From Anaerotignum sp. (lineage in GTDB: Bacteria > Bacillota > Clostridia > Lachnospirales > Anaerotignaceae), in assembly GCA_020024455.1 (NCBI GenBank), contig JAHHTU010000005.1, positions 1,460 to 65,459 on the forward strand: DNA of 64,000 nt, read 5' to 3'. The notes beneath the pieces were generated by a model, which was not told where the DNA came from, did not search any database, and saw nothing but the letters and a program-made list of their open reading frames with translations. The translations under genes and the position numbers were made by a program. How positions within the stretch are numbered: the first letter of the stretch is position 1; each line of letters begins with the position of its first letter. Of this stretch, positions 38,890 through 48,821 are shown piece after piece.

Positions 38890-39921
38890 TTACTCTGCTT
38901 CCAAAACATTGACCACCATATCGGAAACATCTGTTTTTTCTGTCAAAACGCCTCTTTCATACAACCAGTCCGCATTGGTTTGCCATACACTTGCTTCTTG
39001 GTGCAAGAAATTGCCATCTTCTGTTTCCATCACCGGCAACAACATTTCCATGCTCTTACGTTCTACCGTTTCAGAAAGCGGGAAGTTTGCTTCGTTCTGG
39101 TTATCCAACAATATTTTGAGTACTTCTTCCGGGTTTTGTTTCATATCCGCAAAGCCTTTTTGGCAAGCTCTCAAAAACTTCTGATATTTTTCTGTATTTT
39201 GTGTCACAGCATCTTTGTTTGCCAAAAATACCATTTCATACATCTGGGGCACACCATATTGGGTAGGGTAGAAATAATCTACTGCAAAGCCCTGTTCTTC
39301 CATTTGTGGTACTTCATGGTTTACCATGTTACCAATGGTTGCATCTACCTGACCGGTTGTCAATGCAGACATCAAGTCAAATCCCACATCAATAAATTCA
39401 CAATCATCTGTACGCAATCCGGCATCTTCGAGCATCGCTTCGATATGTGCCTCGGATAACACCGTCCCTGCATAGCCGATTTTTTTACCAGCCAAATCTT
39501 TTGGTTCTTTGATATTGCTTTCTTTCAAAGAAATTACAACATTCAACGCCTCTTGTGACAATGCACCCACTGAAACGATGGGGACATTTTCTTCTGCCCT
39601 TGTCAATATGGCATCTTGCAAATAATATACACCTGCATCTACTTTTTTTGCTGCGGGTAATGAAATCCCATCATTTGTGTTTGCAGGGAATTGTATCACA
39701 AGGTTTAAGCCTTCTTCTGCAAAATAGCCTTTTTCCATGGCATCATACAAAAATCCATGTATCGCATTGGGGTACCAGTCCAATACGACTGTAAAATCTT
39801 CCAGTTGTGCTGTTTGTTTTTGTTCTTCTTTTGGTGTATCCTCTGTTGTGTTGTTGCCACAGGCTGTCACACCAAATGCCATCGCTGCTGCCAAAAACAT
39901 GGCAAATACTTTTTTCTTCAC
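38890..39921 (-). CDS. ABC transporter substrate-binding lipoprotein, NMT1/THI5 (ThiY-like)
   Basis: Lipobox VTAC; LDWYPNAIH, KGYFAEEGL and DLAGKKIG motifs; in a TPP-controlled operon. Confidence 0.9.
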   Translation of the reverse strand: MKKKVFAMFLAAAMAFGVTACGNNTTEDTPKEEQKQTAQLEDFTVVLDWYPNAIHGFLYDAMEKGYFAEEGLNLVIQFPANTNDGISLPAAKKVDAGVYYLQDAILTRAEENVPIVSVGALSQEALNVVISLKESNIKEPKDLAGKKIGYAGTVLSEAHIEAMLEDAGLRTDDCEFIDVGFDLMSALTTGQVDATIGNMVNHEVPQMEEQGFAVDYFYPTQYGVPQMYEMVFLANKDAVTQNTEKYQKFLRACQKGFADMKQNPEEVLKILLDNQNEANFPLSETVERKSMEMLLPVMETEDGNFLHQEASVWQTNADWLYERGVLTEKTDVSDMVVNVLEAE

Positions 39922-39925
39922 GTTC

Positions 39926-40669
39926 TCAAATCTCCTTCCGCCATTTGATACATCTTTTTTCCAGTATGGTGACAATGCCCACTGTCAGCATTGCCACAAA
40001 AGATAACAACACAATCGGGGCAAACACACCTGCACCGTCTAATTGCGTCATCATTCTTTTGCTGAAATATCCTAAGCCCTCTTGTGCCCCCAACCATTCC
40101 GCAATGGCTGCACCGATGACACTCATCGGAATTGCCATTTTGATTGCGGAAAAAAAGTTCGGTAACGCTGTTGGCAATTTCAGTTTGATAAAAATATCTT
40201 TTTTTGTTGCACCATATGTCAAGAGCAATTCTTCCATTTCCCGTTTGGTTGCCTTAAATCCGTCAAAGACTGTAATGGCAATCGGAAAAAATGTAATCAA
40301 TATGGTAACCAATACTTTGCTCCAAATTGTATACCCAAACCACAATATAAACAATGGTGCAATCGCTGTTGTGGGTATGGTTTGCGATGCCACAATCACA
40401 GGGTATAACGCCTGTTCCACCTTTTCATTGCTGTCCATCACAACGGCAAGCCAAATGCCCAGCACCACGGAAATCAAAAGTCCAATTCCCGTGACACGCA
40501 TGGTCGCAGGCAAATGCACCAAAAACAAAGGTTCTCGCAATTCCCAAAGACGGACTGCAATTTGTGTGGGTGATGGCAAAATATATGCCGCATCTAAAAA
40601 CATGGCAACGGCTTGCCAAACAGCAAGCAATCCAAGTGCCACAAACAGTGCAGGCAAATGCTTTTTCAT
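39926..40669 (-). CDS. ABC transporter permease (ThiX/SsuC-like)
   Basis: LPSP, SQTIP..AIAPL..LWFG, LPTALP and AEWLG...GLG motifs. Confidence 0.92.
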   Translation of the reverse strand: MKKHLPALFVALGLLAVWQAVAMFLDAAYILPSPTQIAVRLWELREPLFLVHLPATMRVTGIGLLISVVLGIWLAVVMDSNEKVEQALYPVIVASQTIPTTAIAPLFILWFGYTIWSKVLVTILITFFPIAITVFDGFKATKREMEELLLTYGATKKDIFIKLKLPTALPNFFSAIKMAIPMSVIGAAIAEWLGAQEGLGYFSKRMMTQLDGAGVFAPIVLLSFVAMLTVGIVTILEKRCIKWRKEI

Positions 40670-41418
40670 ATTGTCACACCCTTTCTGAGCTTTTGTATGA
40701 GCATTTCTTTCAATTCCACAATATCTGCCCGTTTCAAATCATCACGATTACGAGGGTATGGCAAGGGTACTTGCACACATTCCATCTGCGAAAACGGTCT
40801 GTCTTGTATCACAAAAATTTGTTTGGATAAAAAAATGGCTTCTTCTACATCATGGGTGATGAATAATATGGTTTTTTGGTAATGCTCCCATTGTTGCAAC
40901 AACCATTCCTGCATATCCACCCTTGTCAGATAATCCAATGCACTGAATGGTTCGTCCAACAACAACAAATCTGCTCCTGCAAGCAATGTACGGGCAAATG
41001 CCACACGCTGTTTCATACCACCCGAAAGGTCTTTGGGGTACTTGTTGGCATACGCCAAAAGCCCCACCTGTTCCAATACTTCTTGGCATTTTTGTTGCTG
41101 TTGTGTTTTGGGTACACCAGCCAACTCCATAGGCAGACAGATATTTTGTGCAATGCTGCGCCACGGAAACAACAGGTCTTTTTGCGGCATAAATGCACTG
41201 TATTGTTTTAATTGTTGTATGGGTGTGCCATTGACTTTGATTTGCCCCGTTTGCAATTTTTCCAAACCATTGATTAAACGAAACACCGTACTTTTGCCAC
41301 AACCACTTGCACCGATGATGGAAACAAAAGAACCGTTTTCCACATCAAAACTAAGATTTGTCATCATAGGCAAATCATCTTGCGGATATTGAAACGACAC
41401 TTGTTCAAATTGTAACAT
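40666..41418 (-). CDS. ABC transporter ATP-binding protein (ThiZ-like)
   Basis: GASGCGKST, LSGGMKQR, LLDEPFSALD and ITHD motifs. Confidence 0.94.
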   Translation of the reverse strand: MLQFEQVSFQYPQDDLPMMTNLSFDVENGSFVSIIGASGCGKSTVFRLINGLEKLQTGQIKVNGTPIQQLKQYSAFMPQKDLLFPWRSIAQNICLPMELAGVPKTQQQQKCQEVLEQVGLLAYANKYPKDLSGGMKQRVAFARTLLAGADLLLLDEPFSALDYLTRVDMQEWLLQQWEHYQKTILFITHDVEEAIFLSKQIFVIQDRPFSQMECVQVPLPYPRNRDDLKRADIVELKEMLIQKLRKGVTI

Positions 41419-41433
41419 TTCTTTTTTCTCCTT

Positions 41434-42093
41434 TTAGCATTCCATTTGATATGCCATATCCCAAAATGCTTTTTCATAACGACTGCAATTGACAAATATT
41501 TCTGTCAAAGCAGCTTCCTGTTCTTTTGTGACATCTTTTCCCAGTTCATCTACCAAGTCGATGATTTCCTGTGTGGCTGCACGATATTCTTTGCTGGTAT
41601 ATCCCTGCACCCATTCCCCATAAAGTGGGTGTTCCAAAGCCCCTTCGATTTTGCCATGATGTTCTCCGATGACTTGATAACTCCATGCACAAGCCAAAAC
41701 TGCCATCAAAATTTCCAGACACCCGCCTTTGTATGCCACATCTAACATATAAGAAGTATAGGATTGGTTTGCCAATGCAGATTTTGTGTTTGTGATTTCT
41801 TGTGCTGTAATACCCAAACGGGACATATACGCTTTATGTACATTCATTTCCCCATGCAGCACATCATGCACCATATGGGAAAAACGCTCCATCAATCGTT
41901 CTTCTTCCGCCTTCACAACCCCCATTGCAAACACCTTTGCATACTGCAACAAATACCGATAATCCTGTATCATATAAAAACGGAATTTTTGTGCATCTAA
42001 TGTGCCTTCTCCCAATTCTTTTACAAACGGTTGCTCCAAATATCCCAGCCAAATTCCTTCCACACTATGATACAATCGTTCTGTCAATTTCAT
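41434..42093 (-). CDS. tenA: Thiaminase II / aminopyrimidine aminohydrolase
   Basis: PFV..L..GTL...FRFYMIQDY.YL, YTSYML, catalytic C in LACAWSY and E..FWDMAY motifs. Confidence 0.95.
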   Translation of the reverse strand: MKLTERLYHSVEGIWLGYLEQPFVKELGEGTLDAQKFRFYMIQDYRYLLQYAKVFAMGVVKAEEERLMERFSHMVHDVLHGEMNVHKAYMSRLGITAQEITNTKSALANQSYTSYMLDVAYKGGCLEILMAVLACAWSYQVIGEHHGKIEGALEHPLYGEWVQGYTSKEYRAATQEIIDLVDELGKDVTKEQEAALTEIFVNCSRYEKAFWDMAYQMEC

Positions 42094-42117
42094 ATACCAA
42101 TCACGCCTCCTTCTCAA

Positions 42118-42150
42118 CAAAAAAAATCCTTTCCTATGAGGAAAGAATTT
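42118..42150 (-). terminator. Expression-platform terminator of the TPP riboswitch
   Basis: Minus strand aattctttcct-cat-aggaaaggatt followed by a T run, between the aptamer and the tenA RBS. Confidence 0.75.
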
Positions 42151-42167
42151 CCAATTCTTTGCATATA

Positions 42168-42260
42168 CTGCTTCCCTCCGTTGGTATTACCCACATCAAG
42201 TTCAAAGGGTTGGATTGTCCTCTCAGCTGTAACAAATGTAACAGCACCCCCAGCTTTTCT
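42168..42260 (-). ncRNA. TPP riboswitch
   Basis: Minus strand GGGGGTGC...GCTGAGAG...ACCCTTTGAACTTGAT..GGGTAATACCAACGGAGGGAAG, upstream of tenA. Confidence 0.96.
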
Positions 42261-42465
42261 CTATGTGATTTCGTTTATTATAGTACAAAAAAAAAATATT
42301 GTAAACCATTTCTTTGTCCTACCTTCCGCAAATCCACACTTTCGCACAAAAAAAATACTTTGTAAACAAAATAATTTTATATCTGTTTTTGATATTAGGA
42401 CTTTACTTTTTTGGAAAAAAGAATACACTGTTAAAAGAAATAAAAAAGAAATGGAGGTTTACAAT

Positions 42466-43230
42466 ATGGATAACGATACCAAATTGTTAAACTTGGCATT
42501 GGACGCAGGAGAAATTATGCTCATGTCCGGTGCAGAAACATTCCGTGTACAAGATACCATGTTACGTATTCTTTCTGTCAGCGGACGGGAAAAAGTAGAA
42601 GCATTGGCACTTTCCACTATGCTCATTGTCAGCCTGCCTCGTGAGGAGAAAGGCCCATTGTCTATGGCAAGAGGGGTGCGTGACCGCTCTGTCAATTTTG
42701 AAAAAATTTGTGCGGTAAATGAAATGTCCCGTGCATTCGTTTCCGGTAACATATCATTGGAACAAGCTATCACAGAATTGCAAAATATTGATAATGCACC
42801 ACGTTTTTCCAATTTGGCAATTATCATTGCATACAGCCTGACATCAGGCGGTTTGACATTGGTATATAACGGTACATTGTTAGATAGTTTGATTGCATTT
42901 ATCATTGGTTTGATTTTAGGGCTTACTGCGGTGTTAAACACCAAATGGAAAACGCCTTATTTCTTTAGCCCGCTTTTGGGTGGTGCAATTACCGGCGTAC
43001 TTACCATGATTGCTTATATGTTCGTACCACAATCACACATCGACATGATTATTGTTGGCAGTATTATGCCACTTTTGCCCGGTTTGACGTTGACAAAATC
43101 CATTCGGGATATTTTGGAGGGCAATTTTATCAGTGGTACATCCAGACTTGTGGAAGCACTTTTGGTTGCTTGCGGGATTGCTGCCGGCGTTGCATTAGGG
43201 ATTGGTTTGTTTCCAATCCAATATAATTAG
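42466..43230 (+). CDS. Threonine/serine exporter ThrE family, N-terminal part (YjjP-like)
   Basis: AGEIMLMSGAETFRVQDTM, VNEMSR, IMPLLPG and DILEGNFISG motifs; ggagg RBS. Confidence 0.9.
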   Translation: MDNDTKLLNLALDAGEIMLMSGAETFRVQDTMLRILSVSGREKVEALALSTMLIVSLPREEKGPLSMARGVRDRSVNFEKICAVNEMSRAFVSGNISLEQAITELQNIDNAPRFSNLAIIIAYSLTSGGLTLVYNGTLLDSLIAFIIGLILGLTAVLNTKWKTPYFFSPLLGGAITGVLTMIAYMFVPQSHIDMIIVGSIMPLLPGLTLTKSIRDILEGNFISGTSRLVEALLVACGIAAGVALGIGLFPIQYN

Positions 43231-43245
43231 TTTGGAGGGGTTAGA

Positions 43246-43722
43246 ATGAACAGTTCTTTGCTGTATACCATATTATTTCAATCTGTTTTTTCATTCATTG
43301 CTTGTTTTGGATATTCCATTATATTCAATGCACCAAGAAAAGAATTGATTTATTGTGGTATCAATGGATTTTTAGGCTGGTTTGTATATGCCATCATATT
43401 TGAGCCAACCGGCGAACATATGGTCAATGCAACATTGATTGCAACTATGGTTGTGACAGCAGTTGCAAGATTTTTCTCTTATCATCGACAAGCACCTTCC
43501 ATATTGTACCATATTCCGGGCATATTGCCACTGGTACCGGGGGCAGCGGTTTATAACACCATGCGTACTGCGTTAATGGGCGATATTCTTGGCACATATT
43601 CTTATGCACTGAGCGGATTTAAGTTGGCTGGGGCGATTGGCATTGGTTCTCTTATCATTTTGGTACTGCCTTATAAAGTATTTACCATTATCCCCCGCTT
43701 TGAAAAAAAGAAACAGGTATAA
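43246..43722 (+). CDS. ThrE_2-family partner (YjjB-like)
   Basis: FNAP...G..GW, PGILPLVPG..Y and AGAIGIG motifs. Confidence 0.9.
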   Translation: MNSSLLYTILFQSVFSFIACFGYSIIFNAPRKELIYCGINGFLGWFVYAIIFEPTGEHMVNATLIATMVVTAVARFFSYHRQAPSILYHIPGILPLVPGAAVYNTMRTALMGDILGTYSYALSGFKLAGAIGIGSLIILVLPYKVFTIIPRFEKKKQV

Positions 43723-43758
43723 AAAGGAGCAGTATCCAAAGATACTGCTCTTTTTTTT
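43721..43758. terminator. Bidirectional terminator
   Basis: aaaaggagcagtatc-caaa-gatactgctcttttt. Confidence 0.8.
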
Positions 43759-44242
43759 ACATGGTGTACTGCAATTCTTCTATGATTTTGACAACTTTTC
43801 CATCTTTTACCATGATGATATAAGGAACTTTCTGTTCGGTAAGCGGGATATCATTGAAATCTCCACGATGTTTGAGAAATTCCTCTATTTTATTGGTTTG
43901 ATACACCCTGTTTCCATCTTTTTCGGAAACATCTATAAACTCCAGTGCCGTATCCACAAATTGTATTTGCACATCATCTGCAAATGGCAATACTTCTTCT
44001 TGTTTCTCTTCATTGATGATTGCAAAACCATTGGGATAATCCCGCATTTGTTCCAGTCCCAGTTCTTTGATTCTTTCTGTATCGTCTTGTGTCACAATTT
44101 CCACAGCATCAAAATGCAACCCGTCCTCGGCAACGACAATATACCCTGTACGGTTTTCTGCTTGTGTGTCATCGGTTTTGCCACAAGCAGATACGCCAAA
44201 CAACATACAAACCGCAAGTAACATCGCACTTATTTTTTTCAT
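43757..44242 (-). CDS. Hypothetical lipoprotein
   Basis: Lipobox VSAC; aaggag RBS before ATG 44242. Confidence 0.8.
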   Translation of the reverse strand: MKKISAMLLAVCMLFGVSACGKTDDTQAENRTGYIVVAEDGLHFDAVEIVTQDDTERIKELGLEQMRDYPNGFAIINEEKQEEVLPFADDVQIQFVDTALEFIDVSEKDGNRVYQTNKIEEFLKHRGDFNDIPLTEQKVPYIIMVKDGKVVKIIEELQYTM

Positions 44243-44387
44243 ACAAATATCTCCTTTCCCACACAAACATATCCATTTATTTATAGATATATTACGCTAC
44301 TTTCTTGCAACAAGCAAGCATATGACAACAAAAAAGTAAGCAACCGTTTCCAATAACGCAACGGTTGCTTACTGCTTGATTTATCCT

Positions 44388-46223
44388 TTATACAGCCTGT
44401 TTTTCAGGGAAGAATTGTGCGTGCCAAACCAAGAACATATAAATTGTCCATATTTTTCTGCTGTTGTCGGCTTTGCCCGCTCTATGCTCGTCCAAATATT
44501 TTACAATTTCCTCTGTGCGGAAAAATTCTTTTGCTGTTTCACTTTCAAAAGCTGCTTTTACACGATTGTAATATGCATCTTCTTTCAACCAAATACGAAT
44601 GGGGACAGGGAAACCCAATTTTTTCTTTTCTGCCACCATATCGGGCAAATAGCGATGTGCCGCTTGACGCATGGCAAATTTTGTATTTTCCGCATTGACT
44701 TTATATTTTGTGGGAATGGTTCTTGCCACATCAAACACTTCTCTATCCAAAAACGGTACACGCACCTCCAAAGAATGTGCCATACTCATTTTATCCGCTT
44801 TTAACAAAATATCCCCAATCAACCAGAAATGAATGTCAATATATTGCATTTTGGTAACATCATCTTGGTCTTTGACTTTATCATAAAACGGTTTTGTCAA
44901 TGTGGTATGTGGATATTTCCCTGTGGGGTGTTTGAGTATTTTTTCCCGTTCCTGTTGCGGGAACATAAACGCATTGCCAATAAAACGCTCCTGCAATTCT
45001 TTGCTGCCACGAATGATATAATTTCTGCCTTTGATTTTTGGCATTTTGGACGCCACTGCACCCAAACATTTTCTGACAGGGCGTGGCAATCTTGTCATGG
45101 GCAGCAAATCATGTGGCTCTCTGTAAATATTGTACCCACCGAAAAATTCATCTGCACCCTCTCCCGACAAAGATACTTTGACGTGCTGTGCCGCTGTTTG
45201 GCTGACAAAATACAATGCAATCGCAGAAGGGTCTGCCAGAGGTTCGTCCATGTGGTATTGTACCTTGCCGATAGTGTCCCAATATTCCTGTTTGGAAATC
45301 AATTTGCTGTAATTATCAATGCCGATTTTTTCAGACAATGCTTTTGCATAATCAATTTCATTATATTTTTCATAATCAAAGCCTACGGTAAACGTTTTAT
45401 CTCCATGGAAACTTGCTGCCACATAAGAACTGTCTACCCCGCTGGATAAGAAAGAACCCACTTCCACATCACTGATTTTATGTTTTTCGATAGAGCCTTG
45501 CATCACGTTGTCAATATCGTCCACAAATGCTTCCAAGCTCTTGTTATGGTCAGGGGCAAACACCGGCTCCCAATAGCGTTTGATGTCCATTTTGCCTTTA
45601 TGGAATGTAAAACAATGGGCAGGTGGCAATTTGAACACACCTTTGAAAAATGTTTCCGGTAATACGCTGTATTGGAATGTCAAATAATTTTCCAGTGCTT
45701 CCGGATTGACCTGCTTTACAAAATTTGGATATTCTAATATGCTTTTGATTTCAGAGCCATAAATCAGCTGATTGTCTTGTATGGCATAATAAAACGGCTT
45801 GATACCGAAAAAATCTCTTGCTCCAAACAATGTTTCTTTTTTGCTGTCCCAAATGACAAATGCAAACATACCTCTCAAACGGGGCAACAATGCTTCTCCA
45901 TATTCTTCATACCCATGCAGCAACACCTCTGTGTCTGCATGACTGCTCATCACATGACCTTTTGCAATCAAATCTTCTCTGATTTGCTGATGATTATAAA
46001 TTTCACCATTGAATGTAATCACCATATCTTTTGTTTCATTATATATCGGTTGTGTACCGCCCTCCAAGTCAATGATACTCAAACGACGGAATCCCATCGA
46101 AACACCATCGTCAATATGCTTACCGCCACTATCCGGCCCACGGTGTAAAATTTTATTCATCATATTTTCCAATATTTCTTCGGACGTCATCAAGCGTCCT
46201 GTAAAGCCGCAAATACCGCACAT
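44388..46223 (-). CDS. asnB: Asparagine synthase (glutamine-hydrolysing)
   Basis: MCGICG, HRGPD, RRLSIID, NGEIYN, SSGVDSS, SGEGADE and SLEVRVPFLD motifs. Confidence 0.96.
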   Translation of the reverse strand: MCGICGFTGRLMTSEEILENMMNKILHRGPDSGGKHIDDGVSMGFRRLSIIDLEGGTQPIYNETKDMVITFNGEIYNHQQIREDLIAKGHVMSSHADTEVLLHGYEEYGEALLPRLRGMFAFVIWDSKKETLFGARDFFGIKPFYYAIQDNQLIYGSEIKSILEYPNFVKQVNPEALENYLTFQYSVLPETFFKGVFKLPPAHCFTFHKGKMDIKRYWEPVFAPDHNKSLEAFVDDIDNVMQGSIEKHKISDVEVGSFLSSGVDSSYVAASFHGDKTFTVGFDYEKYNEIDYAKALSEKIGIDNYSKLISKQEYWDTIGKVQYHMDEPLADPSAIALYFVSQTAAQHVKVSLSGEGADEFFGGYNIYREPHDLLPMTRLPRPVRKCLGAVASKMPKIKGRNYIIRGSKELQERFIGNAFMFPQQEREKILKHPTGKYPHTTLTKPFYDKVKDQDDVTKMQYIDIHFWLIGDILLKADKMSMAHSLEVRVPFLDREVFDVARTIPTKYKVNAENTKFAMRQAAHRYLPDMVAEKKKLGFPVPIRIWLKEDAYYNRVKAAFESETAKEFFRTEEIVKYLDEHRAGKADNSRKIWTIYMFLVWHAQFFPEKQAV

Positions 46224-46261
46224 ATCTTATATCCTCCTTATTTGCCTTTTCGTTTGTTATT

Positions 46262-47881
46262 TTAGCACAATTTCGGGTGTTCGGAAAGAGTATCTTTTTT
46301 TGTATATCTTCCAAACAATGTTGACAAATAATATAATCCTTCGGTATCACTTTCTTTCCACAAATCCCATGTAAACCGAAAGCCCCAGTTGCCTGTTGCA
46401 ACTCCCGGAATGTTCATACGATATGCACTGTCTAATTGCAGCACATCTTGCAATGGCACGATGGCAAATATGGCAGCAGAGGCAAATGCCAACCGAATAA
46501 AATCCCAAGAAACATTTTCGCCACTGACATTCATATATCTTCTGTAATGGTCTTTTTCTGCCTCTGTTGCTGTCTGATACCAGCCTTTTGATGTGTCGTT
46601 GTCATGCGTGCCGCTATACATCACACGGTTTTGTTGGCACATATGCGGCAGATATGCATGGTTTGCATCTGCACCGAATGCAAACTGCAAAATACACATA
46701 CCCGGCAAACCAACCGCCTGCCGTAATTGATGGACTTCTTCTGTGATGATGCCCAAATCTTCTGCAATCAACGGCAATTTGCCCAATGCATTTTGCAATG
46801 CATCAAACAAAGCGGTATTTGGCCCTTTTTTCCATGTGCCTTGCATGGCATTTTTTGCACCAAATGGGACAGACCAGTAGCTTGCAAACCCCCGAAAATG
46901 GTCAATGCGTAAATAATCCGTATCTTGCAATGCCTTTTGGATACGGGAAATCCACCATGCAAAACCTGTTTTTTCATGCATATTCCAATCATACAACGGA
47001 TTGCCCCACAGTTGTCCTTCTGCACAAAAATAATCCGGCGGTACACCTGCCACAGCTTTTGGAAAGCCTTTGCTTTCCAACTGGAACAGCTTTTGGTTTG
47101 CCCATACATCGGCACTGTCATATGCCACAAAAATGGGAGCATCGCCAATCAGCAAAACACCCCTTGCATTGGCATATGCTTTCAATGCCTGCCATTGCAT
47201 TGCAAACAGATATTGATAAAACATTTCTTCCTGCATGGCATCTTGCACGGTTTTTTTCCATCTTTGTATTGCTTTTGCATTGCGTTTTCGCAAGTCAGTA
47301 GGAAATGTATTCCAACAAGCAGTATCAAAATACATCTTTTGTTCCGTTTCTGATAAAAATGTTTCTGTGTCTTTTGCAAAGCTTTCAAAATGTTTGGTGT
47401 CTGTCTGTCTTTGTTTTTGCAAATATGCCTTGACAGCCGTAAACAATGCATAATCTTCCAACCAATATGCATTTTGTTCACAGTATGCAGTAAATGCGTT
47501 GTGCTTGGCTGTGTCTTTTTGAAATTTTGTATATGCCACTTGCAAAAGGGGCAATTTATACTGTCTGACCGCCTCATAATCCACACGTTTGGTATCAAAA
47601 CAGGGAATTTCTCCCAAATCCTCCTCTGCCAAAAAACCATCTCTCACCAAATCATCGGGACTGATGAGCAATACATTGCCCGCAAATGCAGAGGTACTCT
47701 GATATGGAGAATGACCACTGCCTATCGGACACAAAGGCAAAATCTGCCATAATGTTTGTCCGCTTTGTTGCAATTTATCTACAAACATACGTGCATTTTC
47801 CCCAAAATCTCCAATCCCATACGCAGATGGTAACGATGTGGGGTGCAACAATATGCCGCTTCTTCTTTTTTCAAATACCAT
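46262..47881 (-). CDS. malQ: 4-alpha-glucanotransferase (amylomaltase, GH77)
   Basis: GILLHPTSLP, WQILP, SPY, GVPPDYF, GQLWGNPLY, RIDHFRG, AEDLG, GTHDNDT and RMNIPG motifs. Confidence 0.96.
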   Translation of the reverse strand: MVFEKRRSGILLHPTSLPSAYGIGDFGENARMFVDKLQQSGQTLWQILPLCPIGSGHSPYQSTSAFAGNVLLISPDDLVRDGFLAEEDLGEIPCFDTKRVDYEAVRQYKLPLLQVAYTKFQKDTAKHNAFTAYCEQNAYWLEDYALFTAVKAYLQKQRQTDTKHFESFAKDTETFLSETEQKMYFDTACWNTFPTDLRKRNAKAIQRWKKTVQDAMQEEMFYQYLFAMQWQALKAYANARGVLLIGDAPIFVAYDSADVWANQKLFQLESKGFPKAVAGVPPDYFCAEGQLWGNPLYDWNMHEKTGFAWWISRIQKALQDTDYLRIDHFRGFASYWSVPFGAKNAMQGTWKKGPNTALFDALQNALGKLPLIAEDLGIITEEVHQLRQAVGLPGMCILQFAFGADANHAYLPHMCQQNRVMYSGTHDNDTSKGWYQTATEAEKDHYRRYMNVSGENVSWDFIRLAFASAAIFAIVPLQDVLQLDSAYRMNIPGVATGNWGFRFTWDLWKESDTEGLYYLSTLFGRYTKKDTLSEHPKLC

Positions 47882-48065
47882 AAACCATAAACCTCCATGG
47901 ATTGCGTTTTGTTTTTTGCTATATTCTATCAGTTTTATATCTCGGTTACTATACGCAGAACTGCCAAAAATTATATGAAATTCCAGAAAAAAGTCAGAAT
48001 TTTTCTTTGCCGTTCGCAAACACTATGCTTGCAAACCAATTCTAAATTAAGGAGGGAATACAAAT

Positions 48066-48446
48066 ATGAAAAAACTGCAAATAACAGCCACAGCCGCTTG
48101 TTTGGCACTTGCCATGACAGGTTGTGGTGCAAATACCGCAAACAATTTGGGTGGTGCAACAGATGACCGAAACAACGATGTATACGGCAGCAATATGTAT
48201 TGGGACGGATATGGGGTAAACAACGGCTATCCTTTGGACGGTGCAACAGACCGCACAGAATTTGGCATGGCAAAGTATAATACCAAATCATTCAGCAACC
48301 AAGTGAAAGACACAGGCAATAACCTGAACAATGGTGTAAACGATATTGGGCGTGACATCAAAAACGGTGCCGATGACATTGGGCGTGGTGTCAAAGATGT
48401 TGTGGACGATGTCACAGACGGCAACTCTGCCAAAATGATGAACTAA
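48066..48446 (+). CDS. Small lipoprotein with 11-aa repeats
   Basis: aaggaggg RBS; lipobox MTGC; NGVNDIGRDIK/NGADDIGRGVK repeats. Confidence 0.8.
   Translation: MKKLQITATAACLALAMTGCGANTANNLGGATDDRNNDVYGSNMYWDGYGVNNGYPLDGATDRTEFGMAKYNTKSFSNQVKDTGNNLNNGVNDIGRDIKNGADDIGRGVKDVVDDVTDGNSAKMMN
48330..48395 (+). repeat. Two 33-bp coding tandem repeats
   Basis: aatggtgtaaacgatattgggcgtgacatcaaa / aacggtgccgatgacattgggcgtggtgtcaaa. Confidence 0.75.
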
Positions 48447-48466
48447 TCACAAAGGCGGTGGCAGAT

Positions 48467-48820
48467 ATGCAAAACAGAAAACATTGGGCAGTGGGATTAT
48501 GCACAGGATTTGCAAACGGACTGTTTGGCAGTGGTGGCGGCACGATTGCCGTACCTGCAATGGAGCGTTTTTTGCATACCGAAGAACATAAGGCACACGC
48601 AACGGCGATTGCTGTCATACTTCCGCTTTCTTTGCTTTCTTTGGGTATTTATCTTTGGAAAGGAGAAATCATATGGCAGATTGCACTCTGGGCATCATTG
48701 GGCGGTGTGGCAGGCGGTTTTGTGGGTGCAAAATTGCTCAAAAAAGTCAGTGGCATTTGGCTGCATCGCATATTTGGATTGTTCATGCTCTTTGCGGCTG
48801 CACGTATGATGTTTTCTTAG
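48467..48820 (+). CDS. TauE/SafE-family half-size membrane protein
   Basis: GFANGLFGSGGG..VP, AHAT and GG..GG..GA.LL motifs. Confidence 0.88.
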   Translation: MQNRKHWAVGLCTGFANGLFGSGGGTIAVPAMERFLHTEEHKAHATAIAVILPLSLLSLGIYLWKGEIIWQIALWASLGGVAGGFVGAKLLKKVSGIWLHRIFGLFMLFAAARMMFS

Positions 48821-48821
48821 T

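Noticed and set aside
38527..39459. 310-aa plus-strand ORF and the many other antisense ORFs in the track
   Set aside because: Shadow ORFs opposite well-supported genes, with no RBS or recognisable motifs
42031..42465. Long N-terminal extension of the ThrE ORF
   Set aside because: Antisense to tenA and the TPP riboswitch; the RBS supports ATG 42466
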